Positions 9,191 to 15,837 of a stretch of DNA of 20,000 nt are shown in pieces (positions within the stretch are counted from its first letter, which is position 1; the number at the start of each line of letters is the position of its first letter). The notes under the pieces were generated by a model, which saw only the letters and a list, made by a program, of their open reading frames with translations, was not told the origin of the DNA and did no database searches. The translations under genes and the position numbers were made by a program. This stretch comes from an uncultured virus (IMG/VR IMGVR_UViG_3300025915_000006) (taxonomy: Duplodnaviria > Heunggongvirae > Uroviricota > Caudoviricetes): IMG/VR virus record IMGVR_UViG_3300025915_000006. The stretch is one strand, 5' to 3'.

Positions 9191-9316
9191 CTATTGCTTG
9201 AAATCTTTTGGATCAACCTCTTGTGGATACTTGACCTTGACGTATTCCTTCAGCGCCCCGGCGAGCATCTGCAGCACGCGGATCGTCGCCTGCAACAAGG
9301 CTTTTTCCGGCGTCAT
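9191..9316 (-). CDS. Small hypothetical protein (41 aa, MTPEKALLQATIRVLQMLAGALKEYVKVKYPQEVDPKDFKQ)
   Basis: ATG at 9316 overlaps the upstream TGA (ATGA), which suggests translational coupling. Amphipathic helix. It is the C-terminal part of track ORF 9191..9487. Confidence 0.55.
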   Translation of the reverse strand: MTPEKALLQATIRVLQMLAGALKEYVKVKYPQEVDPKDFKQ

Positions 9317-9672
9317 GCGTTGGCCCACAAGCTGAACTCGCGCGACTCGCGAAACAGCTTCGTGTCCGGCTCGTATCTGGGCGCGCCGCTTTCCTGGATC
9401 GCGTTGACTTGAAAGGCTCCGGACGCAAGGAGCAACGTCTGCGCCTCCATCATCTGCGCGAAAGCGCCGGACTTCGTAGTAGCCCACGAGTCGATCTGCA
9501 CAGTGCGCTTGATAAGCCCCGTCCTTCCATTCAGATCGAAGTCGTCATTGCCGGCAATCGAGGTAAACGTAACCGACGGCAGAACCGGCATTTGCGGCAT
9601 GACTTCCGGATAGGCGCGTAGTGGAGGACTTCCCGAAGTCAGGGCCGCGAACACGTCCTCGTCGATGCTCAC
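9313..9672 (-). CDS. Tail terminator / tail completion protein (DUF3168-like, 119 aa)
   Basis: RAYPEVMPQ...PSVTF...VQIDSWATT...YEPDTKLFRESREFSLW pattern; lies between the gp10-like and tail tube genes. Confidence 0.88.
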   Translation of the reverse strand: MSIDEDVFAALTSGSPPLRAYPEVMPQMPVLPSVTFTSIAGNDDFDLNGRTGLIKRTVQIDSWATTKSGAFAQMMEAQTLLLASGAFQVNAIQESGAPRYEPDTKLFRESREFSLWANA

Positions 9673-10151
9673 GACTTCGCCGCCCGCTCGACTGCCGTTG
9701 TCAGACCGCCTTTGATGGCGTCCAAAGCAGCGGTAACGTTATTCAGGAACGCCGGCCGCAGGAATGGACGAGCAGCCATCTTGGACGTGCCGAATTCCAG
9801 AAACCGGCCGTAAATCTGGGGGCCTGCCAATGCGTGGTACTTGCTCGCGCGCCCCTTGAGCCGGTTCTTCAGCGTGTCCGCCCGTACGGCGACCTTGATG
9901 TACTTCGGTGCCTTGCGCACCATGATCGTGTATTCGGCGACGTATTCCGGAGTCCTGCGGTGCGACGCGATAATGTTCGCCTGCAACAGCCCGCTTTTGA
10001 ACGGAGCTGCGGTCTTCGCCGCATCGCGTATGATTTTCGCGCCCGCAAAATCAGCGGTGCGTAAGCCATTCTTCGCGACGTTCGGGCCAAAGGCTTTCAG
10101 CTTGTCCGACAGTTCCTTGAAGCCGTTGAGTTTGATGGTGACGTTAGCCAT
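9669..10151 (-). CDS. HK97 gp10-like tail component
   Basis: I.LNGFKELSDKLKAF at the N-terminus, AP.KSGLLQANI, and YGRFLEFGTSKMAARPFLRPAF signature. Basic protein. Start at 10151 (MANVTIKL) preferred over 10160. Confidence 0.92.
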   Translation of the reverse strand: MANVTIKLNGFKELSDKLKAFGPNVAKNGLRTADFAGAKIIRDAAKTAAPFKSGLLQANIIASHRRTPEYVAEYTIMVRKAPKYIKVAVRADTLKNRLKGRASKYHALAGPQIYGRFLEFGTSKMAARPFLRPAFLNNVTAALDAIKGGLTTAVERAAKS

Positions 10152-10545
10152 CGCCGGCAATCAGTCCAGAGTCGCAAAGCATGACGAGCCACGCATGTCG
10201 CATGTCGATGTCGATGATCGACTGGATGTTGTAATTGACGCCTGCATACTGAATCCGCATCGAAGCATTGACTCCCGTGCGATAACGGATCGTTATCCGC
10301 GTCGTCGTCTCGGCGTTCACCTGCTGCGCCGCGAACAGTTCGCGACCATTCAGCGGCTCGATCTTCGCCCGCGCGGTGAATACGTCGGTCCAGTCGTCCA
10401 GCGGCTGCCCGAAGGTATCCTGCACCTGCGACTTGCTCTGAAACGTGACGAAGAACCTGAGTTCGCACGCCGCGACCGGAGACTTGGACGCCTTGGACGG
10501 CGCAGCGAACGGCTTTAGGTTGCCCGTGAAGGCAGCGGAAGTCAT
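10144..10545 (-). CDS. Head closure / head-tail joining protein (SPP1 gp16-like)
   Basis: LRFFVTFQ...QDTFGQPLDDWTDV...AKIEPLNGRELFAAQQVNAETTTRITIRYRTGVNASMRI...YNIQSI pattern; ATGA overlap with the adaptor gene. Confidence 0.92.
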   Translation of the reverse strand: MTSAAFTGNLKPFAAPSKASKSPVAACELRFFVTFQSKSQVQDTFGQPLDDWTDVFTARAKIEPLNGRELFAAQQVNAETTTRITIRYRTGVNASMRIQYAGVNYNIQSIIDIDMRHAWLVMLCDSGLIAGDG

Positions 10546-11243
10546 GCGAAGCCAATCCTGCGCTTGTACGGATCGAGCAGATACGTCACCGCGACCGGCA
10601 CGCTATTGATGTCGCAAATCGTTCCCTGCGTGCAGTTGTCGTAAATCTGCGACAGCGTCAGCAGAATCGCCGCTCTTAGCGCCTGCGGCATCTGGTAGTC
10701 CTGCGGACTCGCTCCGGGTGTTGAATAGCCGGCCTGGTAGCGAACCATGATCGGATTCGGAACGTCGTCGGTATTCGGCCACGTCGCATTTTGCGTGAGC
10801 CGGATACGGTCGGTGAAAAGGTCGGCGTTGTAGTCGGTAAAGCTGGAATCGGTCCCGTCCTGCGTGTAGGTCACCGACTCGATCCCGAGCAGCGGTCCCA
10901 TTGGCAACTCGAACTCGCGCGGCAGTCCGAAGCCTTGCAGCAGCCCGACGCCGAACGGATAGCCTCGATCCTCGGCACCGATGGACAGTTCCAGCGTCTG
11001 CGGTGCGAGCGAAGCGCCGAGATACTGTTCACACGCTTCTCTCGCCGCGGGCAGGTAGATGCCGGTTATCAGCGCGTCATCCGGATGGCTCGGCGGACTG
11101 CCGGTCGCCTCAATCCGTAGATGCGCTCTAGCCGTGTCGATGTCGATCGGCTCGTCAGTCGGCTGGACGGCGATCTTCAGGCCGCGCCGGATGTGAACGC
11201 GACGGATATACGGCCAGTAGGGACGATAAAGCGGATCATTCAT
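10542..11243 (-). CDS. Head-tail connector/adaptor (HK97 gp6 superfamily, long phiE125 gp8-like form)
   Basis: P..EPIDIDTARAHLRI...DDALIT..YLPAAREACEQYLGASLAPQT...VRYQAGY...PQALRAAILLTLSQIYDN...LLDPYK pattern. Confidence 0.92.
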   Translation of the reverse strand: MNDPLYRPYWPYIRRVHIRRGLKIAVQPTDEPIDIDTARAHLRIEATGSPPSHPDDALITGIYLPAAREACEQYLGASLAPQTLELSIGAEDRGYPFGVGLLQGFGLPREFELPMGPLLGIESVTYTQDGTDSSFTDYNADLFTDRIRLTQNATWPNTDDVPNPIMVRYQAGYSTPGASPQDYQMPQALRAAILLTLSQIYDNCTQGTICDINSVPVAVTYLLDPYKRRIGFA

Positions 11244-11893
11244 GGCTTCATCGGCTCCAAGGCTCGGTTAAGGGCGGCAAACCATTCTTCGGCGCCGGGA
11301 CTGTCGGCGTATTCGGCGAAACAGGGACTTCCGATCGTGAAATGCCTGAGCTTGTCGTCGTCTTGCAATTCCTGCTCCAGTACGAGTCGATTCCATTGCA
11401 TCGGAAGATCGCCGATCTGCTCGTCCTTGAGCCATGAAAAACGGTGCAGGAACGCGCCGTCGTGATTCGATACGAAGTCAGGCGTCAGCACGCGGTTCGG
11501 CATGTACCCGCAGTTCCACGCGATCACCGAGCTTTGATTCTTTCGCGGGTAATCGTGATTCGCGTAGCCCAGATACTTCACCGGATGCCTGGTCAAATAT
11601 TCGTGCTTGACCACGCACACGCCGCGATCAAGGCGCGTCAGTTCGGCGAGTTCGGCAATGTCGCCGCGCGCGACCATGTCGCCGTCGAGGAAAAGCGCCA
11701 CACCGCGAAAGCCGCAGCGATAGGGAACCAGAAACCGCGCGTAAGTAAACGTGTTGCTGCCGTCGCGTTGCTCGCCGCGAACGGGATGAAATGAAACCTC
11801 AGCCTTCGTGTTATCGAGAATCGACTGACAGCAGACGTGATAGGCAGCGGCCTCCCTCGGATCGAATCCGACGAAGACCCTTACCTCGTCCAT
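11240..11893 (-). CDS. GT-A fold glycosyltransferase (GT8-related, similar to plant CDI-type proteins)
   Basis: VFVGFDPRE..AYHVCCQSI, FTYARFLVP, DXD motif (FLDGDM), YPRKNQSSV, GAFLHRFSWL..EQIGDLP..WN, HFTIGSP. Confidence 0.85.
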   Translation of the reverse strand: MDEVRVFVGFDPREAAAYHVCCQSILDNTKAEVSFHPVRGEQRDGSNTFTYARFLVPYRCGFRGVALFLDGDMVARGDIAELAELTRLDRGVCVVKHEYLTRHPVKYLGYANHDYPRKNQSSVIAWNCGYMPNRVLTPDFVSNHDGAFLHRFSWLKDEQIGDLPMQWNRLVLEQELQDDDKLRHFTIGSPCFAEYADSPGAEEWFAALNRALEPMKP

Positions 11894-11896
11894 GTT

Positions 11897-12535
11897 CTAC
11901 GGCGTCAGGATGAAGTCGCCGCTCAATTCGCGCTCGAGCGTATATCTGAGACCCAGCAGATAATCGACAGCGCCGAGTTTCGGCAGGCCAAAGCGCAAGG
12001 AATGCTCGCGCTTCTGCTCCACAATCACCACCGGACGACAGCGCTTGATGGTCTGTTCGCCCCCGCGCAGCACCGACAACTCGTGTCCTTCGGTGTCTAT
12101 CTTCACGAAGTCGACGTCGTCAAGCTCAAAACTGTCCAGCGTTCGCATAGGGACGCCGCCCGGTCCTTCGATCCATGAATCTCCCGAGCTCGTCGGCGAG
12201 GTGTGAATGGCGACCGATCCTTCGGTTTCGCTCAAGGCGCACGGATGCAGCGTCACGTTCAAGACTTCTACGTTCAGGGCGAAGCATTCGCGGTGCGCCG
12301 TCACCGGCTCAAACGCATGAACGTGCGCGAACCGCTTGGCAAGCTGCATCGTCCACATTCCAACATGAGCGCCCACGTCAACGGCTTTCCGGAACTGCTT
12401 GCAGTAGGACGTTGCGATACGCAGCTTCTTGATCTGATAGGAGCCCTTGCCGTCGATGATCTCGCCGGCCTTGTTCATCCAGTCGGTCAGATGCGTCTCG
12501 CCGTCAGGTAAATAAATGCCTTGATGCACGATCAT
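11897..12535 (-). CDS. FkbM-family SAM-dependent methyltransferase
   Basis: VDVGAHVG, HAFEP, TLDSF...FVKIDTEGHELSVLRGG..TI....PVVIVE motifs. Confidence 0.92.
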   Translation of the reverse strand: MIVHQGIYLPDGETHLTDWMNKAGEIIDGKGSYQIKKLRIATSYCKQFRKAVDVGAHVGMWTMQLAKRFAHVHAFEPVTAHRECFALNVEVLNVTLHPCALSETEGSVAIHTSPTSSGDSWIEGPGGVPMRTLDSFELDDVDFVKIDTEGHELSVLRGGEQTIKRCRPVVIVEQKREHSLRFGLPKLGAVDYLLGLRYTLERELSGDFILTP

Positions 12536-13099
12536 TCATATCCTCCATGCCGAGGGAACCCAGCCATCGCGTATCTCATGCGGTTTCGGTCGGCCATGCA
12601 TCGACACATGCACGCAATCCGACGGCGGTACGTCCACACAGTCGTAGCGGTAGGAGCGACACAAGTGCGAAGGGAGCGCCTGCCAGCCGCCCAAGTGCGT
12701 TATCCAATCCTGATCCCCGCGAAAACGCTTCGGCACCGTCGCCGTGTAGCGCGTGAAAATCTCCGCGTGCTCGCCTGCATCCCAGACCATGACCGCCGAA
12801 GACAGCGTGTGCGTCTTCCAGCCCCAGTCGTTCAGGTCGATGATGCCCTTGGTATCGGCTAATTCCTCAAGCGAGCCGACGATCACCGAATCAAGGTCGG
12901 TATAAAGAACTCGACCTGAGAAGCGGCCTGGACGGAACAATTCAATCTTCGCCCACCAGCCTGCATCGCCTTCGTCCTTGAGACAAACGAAGTCGAACTC
13001 ACGCGACAGATTCCGCCTCACCATCGCATGGAGCGTATTGACGTACTGATCGCCGCGGCCCAGATAATTGCCATGATTGACGCACGCAACCGTCAGCAC
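12536..13099 (-). CDS. Small GT-A fold glycosyltransferase (GT8-like)
   Basis: GWWAKIELF, DXD motif (LYTDLDSVI), SSAVMVW, GDQDWI, HGRPKPH. GTG start overlaps the upstream stop. Confidence 0.85.
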   Translation of the reverse strand: MLTVACVNHGNYLGRGDQYVNTLHAMVRRNLSREFDFVCLKDEGDAGWWAKIELFRPGRFSGRVLYTDLDSVIVGSLEELADTKGIIDLNDWGWKTHTLSSAVMVWDAGEHAEIFTRYTATVPKRFRGDQDWITHLGGWQALPSHLCRSYRYDCVDVPPSDCVHVSMHGRPKPHEIRDGWVPSAWRI

Positions 13100-13821
13100 G
13101 CGTTAAGACCGGCGATGACTTCATCTACGGTGATCGCCAGCATCGAAGCCTTACAGCCGTCACAGGGAAGCCGTGCGCCACAGTACGGTCCAGCGTGGCG
13201 AATGTTGCGGTGCTGCGCATAGCCTGTGAAACGCGGCTCTATGAACTCTGACCACAGAACCACAGCCGGAACGCCTAAAGCAGCCGCCGCATGATGCAAC
13301 GCTCCTTCGGAGCCAACGAAGGCACGACAGACCGACAGAACGGCCATCGCCTGCCGAAACTCGGTGGCAACGAACAGCACGTCGCGCAGCGCGCGCGTGT
13401 TGGCCGGTCCCACCTGCACGAAGTCAAGTCCGGCACGATCCACGACAGCCTGCCAACGCTCTACCGGCCACGCCTTATTGCCGCCCTGAACCTTCGTCCA
13501 TGGTTCAATCAAAACCCTGCCGCGATACGGTTCGGCAAACGCCTTTTCAGCGTCCGACAGAAAAATCTCGCCGGGGCTTATGTCCCATTCGCGCCATGTC
13601 CAGCGCTCCGCAGTTTTCGCCGCGATGTACGGTCTAATACCACCGCCATTGCGCAGCATCTGCACGTAACGCCCCATCGTTTGCACGATACGGGGGTTGT
13701 TCTCGAACACTTCCGACCACTGCGGCCTGTTTCCGCGTCCGACTATGACAACCCTGCGGCGCGTCGCTTCATTGATCTTCCGGACTTGGCCGGTCGCCAT
13801 TATCCAATCGCCGAGCCCCAC
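13093..13821 (-). CDS. GT9-family (ADP-heptose heptosyltransferase-like) glycosyltransferase
   Basis: N-terminal GLGD, NKAWPVERWQ, FVGSEGALHHAAAALGVPAVVLW and C-terminal C..C...M.AITVDEV motifs. Start reassigned to GTG at 13821, 1 nt after the upstream TGA. Confidence 0.88.
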   Translation of the reverse strand: MGLGDWIMATGQVRKINEATRRRVVIVGRGNRPQWSEVFENNPRIVQTMGRYVQMLRNGGGIRPYIAAKTAERWTWREWDISPGEIFLSDAEKAFAEPYRGRVLIEPWTKVQGGNKAWPVERWQAVVDRAGLDFVQVGPANTRALRDVLFVATEFRQAMAVLSVCRAFVGSEGALHHAAAALGVPAVVLWSEFIEPRFTGYAQHRNIRHAGPYCGARLPCDGCKASMLAITVDEVIAGLNAC

Positions 13822-13822
13822 T

Positions 13823-14389
13823 TCAGCGCCGGTAGAAGTACGTCTGCTCCGCAAACGGACCGTCTGTTACCTGCTCGACCAGGAATCCCAGCCCCAGCAT
13901 GACGGCACCGATGTCGTGCGCCTCGCCATGCGATCGGTCATCGACTATGACCTCGCCGACCGAGGACGACGGGTAGCGGATCACGCACAGGTCTTCCGAC
14001 GCATCGGCCAGCACGCGGCACGACTGCGACGGATTGCGCAGTTTGTGCAGAATCGCCAGCAGGAGGACGATGTCATAGCGCTCGGCGGGAACGAATGTGT
14101 TGGCGTCGCCCTCCTGCAAGCTAACATTTTTCCACTTCCGCGCAAGCCGCAAACCGAGTTCCACATGGCCCGCGACCAGTTCGACGCCGTCAACCTTAGA
14201 GGCCCCAGCCTTGGCGCACTCGACGCCGATCAGGCCCTCCGCACAACCGACATCGAGGACGCTGCTTCCGCGGACCTCGGCAAGCAATGGGTCAAGGCCG
14301 GTCATCTGTTGCTGAATCGTCCGATCACCGGCACGGCGACGCGTGACGAACCATCCGGTGGTCGCCTTCCTGCGGTCGCGGTCAGTCAT
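13823..14389 (-). CDS. Class I SAM-dependent methyltransferase
   Basis: VLDVGCAEG motif I, acidic GVE after strand 2, GDAN, YDIVLLLAILHKL. Confidence 0.9.
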   Translation of the reverse strand: MTDRDRRKATTGWFVTRRRAGDRTIQQQMTGLDPLLAEVRGSSVLDVGCAEGLIGVECAKAGASKVDGVELVAGHVELGLRLARKWKNVSLQEGDANTFVPAERYDIVLLLAILHKLRNPSQSCRVLADASEDLCVIRYPSSSVGEVIVDDRSHGEAHDIGAVMLGLGFLVEQVTDGPFAEQTYFYRR

Positions 14390-15092
14390 TGAGCATCCGC
14401 CATGCGGTCCCGTCCCGAAACTCGTCCAGCGTCCATTGGTTATCGCTTAGGACTCCCGCCCACGTAAGGCGATCAGGCATTGGCAGGTCGTCAATGTCGC
14501 CCAGCGTCCCGGCCATCGGTGCGGCTGCACAAGCTCCGGTGCAAATTGCCGGAATGCCAGCGAGGATCGCCGTTATCGCTGCCGCCGATGAATGCGTGAC
14601 CAAACAGTACGCTCCGCGCAAGTCGTCGTGCAGCGTCTGTGCGAGTTTCAACTTGTCGGCCGACCACAACCGAATGCGAATCGGCCGGTCCGAGACCTTG
14701 TTCAACGCGACGACCGTGTCGGCCGTCCAGTCGCCGTAATAGCCTGCCAGCCGCATGAACGACTGACTCTGCGGACACAGGACGACATGCGTTCCAAAGC
14801 GGCGCCAGGGCCTGATTTCGATGCCTAGCGCACGGAATCTACCACCGTCGGAAACGCCGCGTCCGGAGTGCTGCATCGCGTTATGGGTCACGCGAAAATA
14901 CGTTCCGCGTTGCGGATCGGTATAACTGTTGTCGATGTACATAAAGTCGCGCTGCGACGTAAGCCAACCATCCATGTTGCTTTCGTCGACGCCGTAGAAA
15001 ACGGCACCGGCAGCATCCTTCGGCGCGCCATCAAGAAAGGATTGGCAGATGTCCGCCGACTTCTGCTTATTGCGAACCGGGAACGCTTGCAA
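14382..15092 (-). CDS. GT-B-like protein, capsule-synthesis (KpsC/KpsS-like) type; paralog of 15067..15837
   Basis: YIDNSY, RFRALGIEIRPW, HVVLCPQ, DRPIRIR, DDLRGAYCLVTHSSAAAITAILAGIPAI, NQWTLDEF. Start reassigned to TTG at 15092, behind AGGAGG. Confidence 0.7.
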   Translation of the reverse strand: MQAFPVRNKQKSADICQSFLDGAPKDAAGAVFYGVDESNMDGWLTSQRDFMYIDNSYTDPQRGTYFRVTHNAMQHSGRGVSDGGRFRALGIEIRPWRRFGTHVVLCPQSQSFMRLAGYYGDWTADTVVALNKVSDRPIRIRLWSADKLKLAQTLHDDLRGAYCLVTHSSAAAITAILAGIPAICTGACAAAPMAGTLGDIDDLPMPDRLTWAGVLSDNQWTLDEFRDGTAWRMLND

Positions 15093-15837
15093 GAATCCTC
15101 CTGAACGGTTCGCCGGATTGAATCTCGTCGACACGCCACTGATTGCGCGCCATGTGGCGAAACGCTTCCAGACGCAGGGCATCGTCGGTGCATAAGGATG
15201 ACGGTTCCCTTGTCGCTGCGCCCTCGCAAATCCAGCGCGGCGCGTCGTAGATGACCGGGACGCCGAGTGACAATGCCTTGACACCGGACCCGCTGCTCCA
15301 GATTGCGCAGGCATGGGCACCCTGCAAATCCTCTTCCAGCGCACGCTTCGGCGGCTGATTGCCGGGATGCATCCGTAACCGCAAGGGCCGATCAGTCATC
15401 TTCCGCAGCCTGTCCATCATCTTGACGTGCCACTGCGGAGGGCTCGCCATCAGTCTGGAGCCGATGCCGCGTTGCGCGCAGACGAGGATATGCTCGCCCT
15501 GCGTCCACGGTTTCAGTTCAATGCCGAGCCGAGGGAAACGATCCTCACTGCCTGCCAAGCCGTGCTGATGCTGGCCAACGGAGAGCGCGTAGAGCTGTCG
15601 GCCATGCTCGTCCTTGCCGATATAGCCATTTTCAGCGATGACCACCGTTCCGCCGTCGCGCTCCCAGCGCTCCGCATCCCGGTCATCCGGCCCCATGCGA
15701 TTCCACAGGACGAGCAAATCCTGACGCGACTTCGGCTGGCCGGAAGCCTCGATTCGATAGCCGAGCGAATCCAGTCCATTGATGAACGCTTCGCGGCGAT
15801 AGTGCGGCTGCGCGCGAATCCTGACGACCGCGAGCAT
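15067..15837 (-). CDS. GT-B-like glycosyltransferase, capsule-synthesis (KpsC/KpsS-like) type
   Basis: AENGY, HILVCAQ, LRLRMHP (HP motif), LEEDLQGAHACAIWSSGSGVKALSLGVPVI, NQWRVDEIQSG. Confidence 0.72.
   Translation of the reverse strand: MLAVVRIRAQPHYRREAFINGLDSLGYRIEASGQPKSRQDLLVLWNRMGPDDRDAERWERDGGTVVIAENGYIGKDEHGRQLYALSVGQHQHGLAGSEDRFPRLGIELKPWTQGEHILVCAQRGIGSRLMASPPQWHVKMMDRLRKMTDRPLRLRMHPGNQPPKRALEEDLQGAHACAIWSSGSGVKALSLGVPVIYDAPRWICEGAATREPSSLCTDDALRLEAFRHMARNQWRVDEIQSGEPFRRILASVPGSQ

Noticed and set aside
11897..14389. Interpretation as DNA hypermodification or restriction-modification genes
   Set aside because: No DNA-MTase catalytic motifs and no hydroxymethylase or TET/JBP gene in the window, and the location is in the virion operon rather than a replication module. 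A partner elsewhere in the genome cannot be ruled out.
15093..15344. N-terminal 84 codons of track ORF 14382..15344
   Set aside because: They overlap the upstream gene by more than 250 nt and look non-protein-like; a TTG with AGGAGG at 15092 gives a product matching its paralog in size.
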